Shown here: piece by piece, positions 39,458 to 48,970 of the stretch | How the letters are laid out: each line of letters starts with the position of its first letter | How positions within the stretch are numbered: the first letter of the stretch is position 1 | Assembly (NCBI GenBank): GCA_965648905.1 | Contig: CBFGIT010000015.1 | Coordinates: forward strand, 1 to 64,000 | Reading direction: 5' to 3' | Length of the DNA stretch: 64,000 nt | Source: a candidate division WOR-3 bacterium | Lineage (GTDB): Bacteria; Hydrothermota; Tepidihabitantia; Tepidihabitantales; Tepidihabitantaceae | The notes under the pieces: generated by a model | What the model was told of the DNA's origin: nothing | The model's database searches: none | Seen by the model: the letters and a program-made list of their open reading frames with translations, nothing else | Position numbers and translations under genes: made by a program

Positions 39458-42106
39458 TCAGCGGCCTATGACGGTAATCGTGCCATCGCCCGCATTGGCA
39501 ACGTAGACCCGATTGGCAAACGGGTTGTAGCAGACCGCGTGTGGTGTGCGACCGGTCGGCAGGGTCTTGATTACCGAGTTCGAGGCGCAGTTGACGATGC
39601 TGACCGTGGCACTACCGGAGTTGGCAACGTAGAGACGGCTGGGGGTTGCCATCCAGGCCAGACCACGCGGCTGACTACCGACGAAGAAGGTCTCAACCTG
39701 TCTGGTGACCGCATGGATCGCACCGACCTGGTTACCGTTAGTGCAGGCAACATAGACCTTCTCTTGCTGTGGGTTCCAGACGGCGTGACTTGGGCCGAGG
39801 GGCACGAACTCATCGGGGAAGGCGACGTTGGCAGCCGAAATGACAGTCACCGAGCTCGAGCCGCGGTTGATGACGAAGACCTGGTTGTAGACGTCATCGG
39901 GGATGACCGCAACCGGCTCGGTCCCGACCGCTATGGTCGCGAGGACGCCATTCGTCAAGCCGTCAATGACTGTGACCGTGTTGGCCGCAGAGTTGGCCAC
40001 GTAGACGCGGTTCAGGGTCGGGTGCCAGCAGGCCGCGCTGGGACCGGCCCCAACCCGTCGGTGAACTAGCACGCTATCACTGGTGCCATCGATTATCGTC
40101 AGGGTGCTGTCTTGACGGTTGGCGCAATACACCTTGTTGTTGGTCGCGTTCCAACACAGGGCCGCAGGACTCTGCCCCGTGGCAACTTCCTTGATAACAG
40201 AGTTAGCGGCACAGTTGATGACCGTCACACCACCCAGCGAGCAGGCAGCGTAGAGTCGGTTACGCTGCGCGGCCCAGGTCAGAGCGACCGGAAAGCGGCC
40301 GGTTCTAATACTCGCCCTGATTGAGTTGGATGGGTCGATGGCAACCACGCTTGAGTCGTTGTAGTTGGCGACGTAGATCGTATTGTCAATCGAGTCCCAG
40401 ACCATGGCACGGGGCGAAACCAGTGAGTCCTGGGCAATCGTCGCGACAACCGAGTCCGGATACGTTGCCTCGGTCACGGTGAATCTAAAGCTCGTTGCCG
40501 AATCTCGCCGGGACAGGCAGTAGAGGTAGATGCGGATGTAGGCCTGGCCCGACGCTGGCCCGGAAACGCGCCAGAGATAGGACCCAGGTGTGGTCGATCG
40601 ACCCTGCCGGAGCCAGGTAGCGCGGTTGTCGGGTGAGAAGAATACGACCACAGAGTCGAGCCCGTCGGTGCCGCCAGTCCACGTGATGCGGCGCAGCCCG
40701 GCTTCAGGCCAGACCGTGTCGAGCGCCGGCGCAGTTACTGTCGCGCGGGTTGGAGGAAGAGTGTCGTAGACCGTGAAGCGGCTGCTGACGCCAACATAGG
40801 TGTCCTGTGCGAACCACTCGGTGACTCGTATTCTGCCGTTGCTGGTCGGCAAGTAAGGCACAACCCAGTCGTAGCCTCCAGTCTGGAGTGCCCGGCCCTG
40901 CCTGAGCCAGCTCGCGCCATTGTCGGTCGAATATGAGACGATGGCAGAGTCCGGAGACTGGCTCTCCGACTGACGTACAGCCCGCGTTCCGACAAGTGAG
41001 CGCTGGATGCTTCTGGTCAGTTCGGGTCTTCGGTCCTGTCGTGGGCCAGGTCGGAAAGGTCCGCCGTTCCAAGTCACGGCCTGAGTTGCCAGGGCACGAA
41101 TCCTGGCCAGCGACTCAGGTGCACTTATCGACAGGGGAGAAGCGGTTCGGAATCGCCATGTCGGCCCTTGGGCCTGGGCCTGATGGTTGTCGCGGGCCAC
41201 TACCCGCCAGAGGTAGACGGAATCGTACTTGAGCCTATGGGGCACGACGATCGAATCTGCCAGCCGACCGCTATCAATCCTGCTCAGCGGTTCGGCCACG
41301 CCGAGATAGACATCGTAACGAACTTCGTCGATTGAATCCGGGTCGCCGCCAGTCCAGCCCAGCACCGGCCTGAGCAGTTGACCAGATGCGCCTGAGTCGG
41401 GCCGTGGACTTCTGGGGCGGTTGGGTGCTTGATTGGCTCTTGTTGTGAAGAACCAGACCGGGCCTTCAGTGATCGCACCGTGGTTGTCTCGGGCCACGAT
41501 GCGCCAGTAATAGGTCGTTTGATACGCCAGCAGGCTGGGCGAGTAAGAGGTGTCGACGATTCGCTCGGCCTTAAGGGGTGGAGGAGAAGAGGTGCCGAAG
41601 TACACGTCATAGGTTACGGTATCGGTGGTGTCGGCATCTCCGCCGCTCCAGTAAAGACTCGCGTAGACCGGCACTGCACCTGCACTGCTATCTGGTACCG
41701 GACGATGGGGAGTCGTGGGTGGGTTGTTGAACCTTACAGTCCGGAAGTACCAGAGAGGGCCGACCGTCTCGTAGCCATGGCGGTCCCGGGCCAGGACGCG
41801 CCAGAAGTAGGCGGTCGCGAACTTAAGTCGAGTCGGCCGATATCGAGGAACACGCAAGCCGGTGTCCGCCCGGGCCGGGGTAGCCGTTGTGCCGATGAAC
41901 AGGTCGAAAGTCAGCTCGTCGTCCTTGTCAGGGTCAGAGCAGGTCCATGACAGAGTGACGCCGGTATCGCGGTCGACAGCACCGGAGTCAGGGCGCGGTT
42001 CCGAAGGAGCGGCGGGCGGCCGGTTCCAGCGACGGCACGCCGAGTTCGGAACCAGCCAAAGCAAAACGGTCACCAGAGCCAGAGCCGGCCGCAGCTTTGT
42101 CACCAC
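39458..42106 (-). CDS. secreted/lipoprotein with three FN3-like repeats and a C-terminal YVTN-type beta-propeller
   Basis: Signal peptide with SAC; three NxPP..D.D..YDVY.G..YYWR.VARD..GP.W.F units; YVAN repeats. Confidence 0.8.
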   Translation of the reverse strand: MVTKLRPALALVTVLLWLVPNSACRRWNRPPAAPSEPRPDSGAVDRDTGVTLSWTCSDPDKDDELTFDLFIGTTATPARADTGLRVPRYRPTRLKFATAYFWRVLARDRHGYETVGPLWYFRTVRFNNPPTTPHRPVPDSSAGAVPVYASLYWSGGDADTTDTVTYDVYFGTSSPPPLKAERIVDTSYSPSLLAYQTTYYWRIVARDNHGAITEGPVWFFTTRANQAPNRPRSPRPDSGASGQLLRPVLGWTGGDPDSIDEVRYDVYLGVAEPLSRIDSGRLADSIVVPHRLKYDSVYLWRVVARDNHQAQAQGPTWRFRTASPLSISAPESLARIRALATQAVTWNGGPFRPGPRQDRRPELTRSIQRSLVGTRAVRQSESQSPDSAIVSYSTDNGASWLRQGRALQTGGYDWVVPYLPTSNGRIRVTEWFAQDTYVGVSSRFTVYDTLPPTRATVTAPALDTVWPEAGLRRITWTGGTDGLDSVVVFFSPDNRATWLRQGRSTTPGSYLWRVSGPASGQAYIRIYLYCLSRRDSATSFRFTVTEATYPDSVVATIAQDSLVSPRAMVWDSIDNTIYVANYNDSSVVAIDPSNSIRASIRTGRFPVALTWAAQRNRLYAACSLGGVTVINCAANSVIKEVATGQSPAALCWNATNNKVYCANRQDSTLTIIDGTSDSVLVHRRVGAGPSAACWHPTLNRVYVANSAANTVTVIDGLTNGVLATIAVGTEPVAVIPDDVYNQVFVINRGSSSVTVISAANVAFPDEFVPLGPSHAVWNPQQEKVYVACTNGNQVGAIHAVTRQVETFFVGSQPRGLAWMATPSRLYVANSGSATVSIVNCASNSVIKTLPTGRTPHAVCYNPFANRVYVANAGDGTITVIGR

Positions 42107-43152
42107 TTAAGTGTCCAGTAGAACCCGACGCTCAGCACGGCGAGGCCGGCGCCGACATTCCTCAACATGTCCCAACCCTGAACCAGACCCCTCAGCCGTT
42201 CAGATTCGTCGCGGCTCGTTGCTGACTGGTAGTTCCGGTACTCGGTTTCGCCGCGGTATGCCGCGTACCCGGCCCCGGCCGCGGCGACGACGCCGACCAG
42301 CAATATCGGCAGCTTACGGGTTCGGATACGCTCAAGGTAGGCGATGACGGTTGACGTCTCGGCGTACTGAATCTGGGCGTAGCCGACCCACTCGTGGAAC
42401 CCGCGTCGGTTCAAAGTAAGGGCGTAGCGCCGAGGCTCGAGTGAGATAACTAGCGGGGTCTGACCCAGGTACTGCTCGTCGGTCCTGATGCTCGCCCCGT
42501 CCGGTCTGGACTCGACCCTGAGCAACCCCTTGCCCCAACCTAGCTTGAAGTTGACGGCGACCGGACCGGGCGACTTCAGGTCGATTTCCTTGTCTACGTC
42601 GCGATAACCTTCGAGTCGGGCCGAGAGTGAGTGACGACCATAGGGCACACGCGGCAGAGTCAACCCGCCTTCGACAGCTCTGCCTTGTGCAACGCCGTCA
42701 ATCAAAATCTCCGCTCCGACCGGGTCAGATGTCACTACGAACGAACCGTACTGACCGGTAATGGTAAAGGTCGTCTGGAAGTCCCTGTACCCGCTCTTGG
42801 TGAGCGTAAGCTGATGACGTCCCGGTTTGATGTCGTCGAGTTCCAGCGGTGTTTTGCCTACCAGCCGTCCATCGATGGTTACATTCGCGTCGGTTGGGTC
42901 CGAGGTAATCGTCGTCAATCCTTCGTCTGCTGTTACCATGCCGGTCAATCTGGGTTGCACAGGCCGAGCCGGGGCTTCGTTCAGCTTGGCACCGCACTTC
43001 TTGCAGAACCGGGCGTTGTCCGGATTCTGAGTGCCGCAGCTCGGACACGCCTTCTCAGCTAGAACCTGTGCAAAACACAGAAGAAGCAGAAACAGCACTG
43101 ATGTCGCGGCGCTGATGGCTCTTCGATTGGACCTGGTCTTGGAGATAGTCAT
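42100..43152 (-). CDS. PEGA domain protein with N-terminal zinc ribbon
   Basis: CPSC..FCKKCG; three ITSDP.GA...DG...G.TP PEGA repeats; C-terminal TM helices. Confidence 0.85.
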   Translation of the reverse strand: MTISKTRSNRRAISAATSVLFLLLLCFAQVLAEKACPSCGTQNPDNARFCKKCGAKLNEAPARPVQPRLTGMVTADEGLTTITSDPTDANVTIDGRLVGKTPLELDDIKPGRHQLTLTKSGYRDFQTTFTITGQYGSFVVTSDPVGAEILIDGVAQGRAVEGGLTLPRVPYGRHSLSARLEGYRDVDKEIDLKSPGPVAVNFKLGWGKGLLRVESRPDGASIRTDEQYLGQTPLVISLEPRRYALTLNRRGFHEWVGYAQIQYAETSTVIAYLERIRTRKLPILLVGVVAAAGAGYAAYRGETEYRNYQSATSRDESERLRGLVQGWDMLRNVGAGLAVLSVGFYWTLKW

Positions 43153-44328
43153 CTAGAACCTGTGGCCGCAGCGGATGCAGAACTGGGCTTTGGGCTCTCG
43201 TCTTGCTCCACACTCAGGACACGTTGCGCGGCCGGCAGCAACTGTGAGTCTGATTGACGCTCCAGATGCGACCTTTGAACCTGATTTCGGTCCGACCGCC
43301 ATCACTTCACCAGCCGGATAGACGTCGCTGTATTGCGAGTCCACTTGGGCAACATCGAGTCCGACCGAGCGTAGCCGTTCAGTGGCTTCCTCAGGCGTAT
43401 AGCCGGCCAAGACCGGGACCGTTGCAAACCCGGAGCTTACCTTGAGTCTGACTTTGTCAGCGGTTCTAACGCCGGCCGGGGGAGACTGACTGATGACCGT
43501 GCCTTGAGTTCGAGCATCGTCTACCTCCTCTAACACGATCTGGACATGTCGTGCGTCAGCCAGTATCCGAGCTTCTTCACGGCTTAGGCCGGCAAACGCC
43601 GGCACTGCCGAAGTTGACTTGAATAACCCCATCTTCGCGGCGCCCAATAGAGCGGCAACAACAACCACAACTGCGCTGACCGCGGCGACGGATCCGAACT
43701 TCCCCCGATGTCTGGGCCGTTGCGTGGACCGGAGAGTGGGTCGGCTGCTGACAGCAGACCGTTGGCCCGGTACGGGGCGGATGGCCTCAATCGCTTGGCG
43801 AAACTCAGCTGCATTCTGAAACCTGCCGGATGGGTTCTTTGCCAAGGCACGCAGTATTACCCGTTCCAGTTCGGCCGATACCTCGGGTCTAACCGAGCGA
43901 GGTGGCGACGGAGGCTTGTTTATCTGGGCATCCATGATCTGATAGTTCAGTCCCTCAGAAAAAGGCAACCGGCCGGTAGTCGCTTCGTAGAGTACGATGC
44001 CCAGTGAGTAGATGTCGGAACGCGCATCGAGTGGCCGGCCCTGGCAGCGTTCTGGCGACATGTAACGGACCGTGCCGACACGGGCGAGACCGTATTCGGC
44101 CAGCTTCCAACTGGTCCCGGAACGCACGACCCGGCCCGTCGTTATGTCCTTGTGCAACATTGCCTGGCCGTGCGCGAACTCAAGGTCCTTCAGCACGCTT
44201 GAGAATATGCTAACGATTTCCGATTCGGAGAGCGGACCCTGCTGTTGGATGAACTCGGCCAGGTTCGTCGCCGGCCGTGCCGGCGCGGATTCAGACGAAG
44301 GCAGGACCGCCGCGCTCGATTCAGGCAC
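43153..44328 (-). CDS. truncated Ser/Thr kinase-like domain + TM + two PASTA domains + zinc ribbon
   Basis: GTVRYMSPE, RSDIYSLGIVLYE, RALAKNPSGRF; VPAFAG/VPVLAG PASTA repeats; CPEC..FCIRC. GTG start inferred from TTGAAG-N17-TACAAT promoter. Confidence 0.8.
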   Translation of the reverse strand: MPESSAAVLPSSESAPARPATNLAEFIQQQGPLSESEIVSIFSSVLKDLEFAHGQAMLHKDITTGRVVRSGTSWKLAEYGLARVGTVRYMSPERCQGRPLDARSDIYSLGIVLYEATTGRLPFSEGLNYQIMDAQINKPPSPPRSVRPEVSAELERVILRALAKNPSGRFQNAAEFRQAIEAIRPVPGQRSAVSSRPTLRSTQRPRHRGKFGSVAAVSAVVVVVAALLGAAKMGLFKSTSAVPAFAGLSREEARILADARHVQIVLEEVDDARTQGTVISQSPPAGVRTADKVRLKVSSGFATVPVLAGYTPEEATERLRSVGLDVAQVDSQYSDVYPAGEVMAVGPKSGSKVASGASIRLTVAAGRATCPECGARREPKAQFCIRCGHRF

Positions 44329-44593
44329 GGCAGCCTCGATTCTCTCCCGCGCCTGGTTGACCCGGGACGAATGGCTGGGAACGGGCTGTGGATGTCTCCG
44401 GCATAAGGCCAGCAACATTGTAGCCCACCGGAGACATGACTTCAAGGTGTTGACAAATTACAACCTGGAACCCGGCGGAGGTTGGCGGACTCGGCGCAGG
44501 CGGTGTCTGGTCAGCGGCCACGGTGAACCGGCCGGCCATCGTTTCGGTGTCTGGCCCAGGCGATTCGGACTTCGAATGGGTTCCGTCATTGTT

Positions 44594-44622
44594 TTGACCT
44601 GTCGCCCCAGCTCGGGTAGAAT
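44594..44622 (+). promoter_or_regulatory. sigma70-type promoter
   Basis: TTGACC-N17-TAGAAT. Confidence 0.6.
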
Positions 44623-44646
44623 ATTGAGCTAATGGAAGGGAAGAAA

Positions 44647-44868
44647 ATGCCTAATCGGCACAAACCGCTGACTGCCCGCATCAAGGCCGGTGTTGGAGTC
44701 ACGCCCGACATCGTCATTTCCATCGTCACTCCGCAGGGTGTCCTCCGCATCACGCCCCAAGTCGAACATGCTGTAAATGGGTTGATTGCTCGTCTCGAGG
44801 CTCAGGTCAAGCCGGGCGAGAAAGAACCGGTGGTCGCGGTCCGCGGCATCTCGGTCGAGCCCGCCTAG
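44647..44868 (+). CDS. small hypothetical protein
   Basis: ORF directly behind a promoter, purine-rich RBS, GC3-biased codons; alternative start at 44632. Confidence 0.6.
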   Translation: MPNRHKPLTARIKAGVGVTPDIVISIVTPQGVLRITPQVEHAVNGLIARLEAQVKPGEKEPVVAVRGISVEPA

Positions 44869-44871
44869 CAC

Positions 44872-45288
44872 CTATTCGAGCGGAACCTGCTCGACGTAGG
44901 CCCTAACAAGCCGCAGTGGTGGCAGCGCGTAGACCAGTTGCACCTGCCAGCCGGCATAGACGACCGGGTCCGGGTTCCGGGCAAAGTAGCGCAGGATAAC
45001 GTTCGAGTTGAGTGAGTCGTAGCCGACATACATGAACACAAACTCAAGCGGTGGACGGATGTCAAACCGGCCACGGGCCAGTTGGCGGACAAGATACTCG
45101 TGACTCTCGACGTCGCGACGCAGACGCTCGGTCCGGTGCACGAGAGGATGGTCCCCAGAGAGCATCACCAGGTAATCCGGATAGTGGCCCTCGAATACCG
45201 GCGGGCCGTCAGACCGGGTTAACATCAGTACCTGCGATCGGGGCGCGCAGGCCATCAGCAACAGGCAGCCGAGTACGACCGGACGCAT
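44872..45288 (-). CDS. hypothetical lipoprotein
   Basis: Lipobox LLMAC; own TTGACA-N16-TACACT promoter at 45294-45321. Confidence 0.75.
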   Translation of the reverse strand: MRPVVLGCLLLMACAPRSQVLMLTRSDGPPVFEGHYPDYLVMLSGDHPLVHRTERLRRDVESHEYLVRQLARGRFDIRPPLEFVFMYVGYDSLNSNVILRYFARNPDPVVYAGWQVQLVYALPPLRLVRAYVEQVPLE

Positions 45289-45348
45289 GAGTCAGTGTAA
45301 GCAGCACGCTAACCATGTCAAGCCAGACAAGGTTCTGCTCCCAGGTGT

Positions 45349-45376
45349 TTGACAGCTCGCTTGGGGCTTCTATAAT
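45349..45376 (+). promoter_or_regulatory. consensus sigma70 promoter of HDAC/polysaccharide operon
   Basis: TTGACA-N16-TATAAT. Confidence 0.7.
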
Positions 45377-45438
45377 CGTAAACCGGTCTGTCTCCGGACC
45401 GTTCCGGTCAGGAGTCGGGCTGAATCGAAAGGAAGCAC

Positions 45439-46434
45439 ATGAGATTCGTCTACTCGGACCGCTACCGAATCAACATCGGCGCGCACGTCTTCCCGACCGA
45501 GAAGTACTCGATGGTCAGGGAACGATTGCTGGCCGACGGTCAGGCAGCACCCGAGGACTTCATCGAACCACCCGAGCCGAACATCGACGACATCCGGCTC
45601 GTTCACACGCGCGAATACGTCGATGACATGCTGAATTTGCGCTGGTCACAGCGAACGGTTCGGTCTGAGCTGCCGCTTACCTGGGAGATCGTCCAGGGTT
45701 TCTTCCTGTTCGGAGCCGGGACGATCGTTACCTGCCGCATCGCGCTCGAAGACCGGGTCTGTATGCACATCGGCGGCGGCTTCCATCACGCCTTCGCCGA
45801 CCATGGCGAGGGGTTCTGCTACGTCAACGACATCGCAGTCGGTGTCCGCAAGATGCAGCAGGAGAAGCGGATCGAGCGGGCCGCGGTCATCGACTGCGAC
45901 CTCCACCAGGGCAACGGCACGGCGCGGATATTCCAGGACGATGAGAGCGTTTTCACCTTCTCGATTCACCAGGAGCACCTCTATCCCATCAAGGAGCAGT
46001 CGAACCTTGACATCGGGCTTGACGATGAAACCAGCGACGGCGAATACCTGCGTCGACTCGGGGAGGCGGTGCCCGCAATCCTCGACGGGCACAGACCTGA
46101 CCTTGTCGTCTACGTGGCCGGGGCCGACCCCTATCGCTACGACCAGCTCGGCACGCTCCGACTGACGAAACGCGGGCTGGCAATGCGTGACCGGCTGGTC
46201 ATTGAGGGCTGTCACCGGCGAGGAATCCCGCTGGCGGTCGTGACCGCAGGTGGCTATGCGCTCGACACCAAGGACACGGGAGAGATTCACTACAATACCG
46301 CCCGCGAGTGTCTGCGCGTGCTCGGCCAACTCAAACCGCGGCCGGGTGTCGAGCAACCCGGCGAGGCCGACGCTTCGTCGAGTCCGCCTCCAGCCAAGAG
46401 CCAGCCGCCTGCTCCCGAGACCGGGCAATCTTGA
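45439..46434 (+). CDS. histone deacetylase family protein
   Basis: HVFPTEKY, GGGFHHA, GFCYVND, DCDLHQGNG, AGAD, AGGY. Confidence 0.93.
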   Translation: MRFVYSDRYRINIGAHVFPTEKYSMVRERLLADGQAAPEDFIEPPEPNIDDIRLVHTREYVDDMLNLRWSQRTVRSELPLTWEIVQGFFLFGAGTIVTCRIALEDRVCMHIGGGFHHAFADHGEGFCYVNDIAVGVRKMQQEKRIERAAVIDCDLHQGNGTARIFQDDESVFTFSIHQEHLYPIKEQSNLDIGLDDETSDGEYLRRLGEAVPAILDGHRPDLVVYVAGADPYRYDQLGTLRLTKRGLAMRDRLVIEGCHRRGIPLAVVTAGGYALDTKDTGEIHYNTARECLRVLGQLKPRPGVEQPGEADASSSPPPAKSQPPAPETGQS

Positions 46435-47576
46435 CCAAGGTCGGTCGGTCGCGGGTCTGTCTGGCAACAACATCACACCCGGTCAGCTACAGCCGGTTCT
46501 ATGACCGCGAGGCACAGTCTCTTGCCCGGGCTGGGTACAAGGTAACAGTGATCGGGACTGGCGAGCCAACGTCTGCTTTCAAGGACAGTGCGGTTATGAC
46601 CATCTGCGCGCGGAACGCGACCGGGCTGGCCAAGCTCGGCCTGCTGTGGCAGACACATCGTCACTTGGCTCGGGCAAACTGCGACGTGATCCAGTGCCTT
46701 GACCCCTGGACCCTAGCGGTGGGACTTGCGCACAGGCACGTCAGTCCCAGACTGCGCCTTGTCTACGAATCGAGCGAGTGGTTCCCCCAGATGTTTCTTG
46801 ACCGTCAGGACCTGCCGGTTCCTGTCCGGCGCCTGCTTTGGCTGCTGGTCACCGGACTGGAGCGCGCTGCCTGCCGACTGGCCGACGCGATAGTCGAGAC
46901 CAACGACACCAGAGCGCAAAGGTTCCGAAGGCAGGGGAGACGTCCGGTTCTGGTTCCGAACTACCCACCGGCTGAACTGCTGCCTGAGTCCGGAACCGAG
47001 CGTCGGCCGTGGATAGCCTATACCGGGCTGGTCAGTCCGCACCGGGGATTCAACGTGCTGGTGCGTGCCCTGCGACTCGTGGTCGAGAAGCACCCGGACG
47101 CGCGCCTGCAGGTAATGGGCCGATTCGAGCCGCGCAGGGGAGAGGAACGACAGGTGCGTCAGTTGATTGCCGACTGCCGGCTGGACCAACACATCGACTT
47201 CCTCGGTTCCATGCCCTACGCGGAGATGTTCAGCAGCATTGGCTCCTGTCTTGCTGGCGTTATTCTGCTTCAACCCGAACGCGGTAACGACTATACTGGA
47301 CTACCCAACAAGCTCTTCGAGTTCATGGGCGCTGGCCTGGGAATCGTGGCCAGCGACTTCCCTGAACTGGGTCGAGTAGTTCGAGAAACCGGGTGCGGCT
47401 GGCTGGTTGACCCGACCCGACCCGAAGCGGTCGCCCAGATTCTGGACGATGCCCTCGGCAACCCGGAAGAGACAATGCGGCGGGGGAGACTGGGCCGGGA
47501 TGCGGTGCGGGAAAGGTACAACTGGCAGGTAGCTGAAGCGGCGCTGCTTCGGACCTACAAGGAGATTTCCTCTTGA
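46431..47576 (+). CDS. GT4 family glycosyltransferase
   Basis: YTGLV..RG, PNKLFEFMGAG..VASD; TTG start overlaps the HDAC stop. Confidence 0.88.
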   Translation: MTKVGRSRVCLATTSHPVSYSRFYDREAQSLARAGYKVTVIGTGEPTSAFKDSAVMTICARNATGLAKLGLLWQTHRHLARANCDVIQCLDPWTLAVGLAHRHVSPRLRLVYESSEWFPQMFLDRQDLPVPVRRLLWLLVTGLERAACRLADAIVETNDTRAQRFRRQGRRPVLVPNYPPAELLPESGTERRPWIAYTGLVSPHRGFNVLVRALRLVVEKHPDARLQVMGRFEPRRGEERQVRQLIADCRLDQHIDFLGSMPYAEMFSSIGSCLAGVILLQPERGNDYTGLPNKLFEFMGAGLGIVASDFPELGRVVRETGCGWLVDPTRPEAVAQILDDALGNPEETMRRGRLGRDAVRERYNWQVAEAALLRTYKEISS

Positions 47577-48970
47577 ACCGTCCGACGCGCAATGCGCTCC
47601 TGCTTTTCTCAGGCGAGGCGGTATCGCGGCTCTTCGGCTTCCTGTCCGCCACGATTCTGGCGCGCCGGCTCGGCGTGGACGGATTCGGCCAAGTTGGCTT
47701 CGCATCAGCGGTCTTCATGTACGGGGTCATCCTCACCGACTTCGGACTGCTGACCGTAGGCACGAGGTCCGTGGCCAGCAACCCTGAGACTGCTTCTGAG
47801 CTCGTCGGCCGGCTTGTGCCGCTCCGGCTGGTTCTGGGACTTGCGGCTGCTGCGTTCATCGCTGTCTTGGCCATCGTTCTGCCCCGGCCGGTCGAGGTGC
47901 GGCTGCTGCTTGTGGTCTACGCGTCGGGCACGGCCGTACAGGCATTGCTGCTGGAGTGGTTTTTCTTCGGAGTCGAGCAGATGGGTGCGGTCTCGTCGGC
48001 ACGCATTCTCACGCATCTGTCGTATTACGGCCTGGTCCTGTTGCTCGTGCGCGGCCCACAGGGCATTCTGATGGTACCGCTTGCCTTCATCGGTAGCACG
48101 CTGCTCGCGGTGCTGCTGCTGCTTGCGCTGTACCGCCGACGGTTCGGCGACATTCAACTGCGGCTCGCCCTCGGAGGATGGGGGGGACTGGTTCGGCAGG
48201 CGTGGCCGGTCGGTGCCGCGGGTGTCTTCACTCAGTTGCACGTGAACTTCGGACTGGTCGGGCTTGGGCTCTTTCGCACCGACGCGGAAACCGGCCTCTA
48301 CTCATCGGCGTACCGGCTCGTTTTCTTTCTGCTTGCTCTTGACAGAGTCTTCTATACGGTCTTCTTTCCAGTGGCTAGTCGCATCCAAGCCAGCCGCCCG
48401 GAACGGCTTCCTGAACTGACCGGAACGGTACTGAGACTGATACTGGTTGTTTCGCTGCCCTTGGGCACCGGGCTTGTCGTGCTTGCCCGGCCGATTCTCG
48501 CCGCGGTCTTCGGTCCGGACTACATCGAAGCAGCGCCGGCTCTTCAGACCATGGCCGTGTTTCTGCCCGTCAGCATGCTCAGCAGCATGACCGGCCACAC
48601 GCTCATTGCTGCAGGCAGGGAGAGACGGTTCCTGCGTAATGTGCTGTTCGGCACGCTTGTCTCGATTGCCGCCGGCCTCGTTGGCATTGCCCTGCTGGGC
48701 GTGCGCGGCGCAGCAATGGCGGTAGTCGCCGGAGAGACAGCGATTCTTGTCCCAATGTTTGTGGATTTCCTGCGCCTCGTGCATCCACGCATGGACCGGC
48801 GTCTTGCCGCGGCGCCGGTCGCATCCGCCGCGCTGGTCCCGGTCTGTCTGCTGCTGGGTCGGTTTGGGCTCGCGGTTCCGATACTGGTCGGCGCCGGGGT
48901 CTACGCTGTTCTGCTCTTTGCGCTCGGTGGGGTCACGTTGAGAGAACTGGGTATGGTGCGGGCCGGATGA
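47573..48970 (+). CDS. polysaccharide flippase (Wzx/PST family)
   Basis: About 12-14 TM helices, LARRLGVDGFG, TDFGL, GLYSSAYR. Confidence 0.88.
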   Translation: MNRPTRNALLLFSGEAVSRLFGFLSATILARRLGVDGFGQVGFASAVFMYGVILTDFGLLTVGTRSVASNPETASELVGRLVPLRLVLGLAAAAFIAVLAIVLPRPVEVRLLLVVYASGTAVQALLLEWFFFGVEQMGAVSSARILTHLSYYGLVLLLVRGPQGILMVPLAFIGSTLLAVLLLLALYRRRFGDIQLRLALGGWGGLVRQAWPVGAAGVFTQLHVNFGLVGLGLFRTDAETGLYSSAYRLVFFLLALDRVFYTVFFPVASRIQASRPERLPELTGTVLRLILVVSLPLGTGLVVLARPILAAVFGPDYIEAAPALQTMAVFLPVSMLSSMTGHTLIAAGRERRFLRNVLFGTLVSIAAGLVGIALLGVRGAAMAVVAGETAILVPMFVDFLRLVHPRMDRRLAAAPVASAALVPVCLLLGRFGLAVPILVGAGVYAVLLFALGGVTLRELGMVRAG

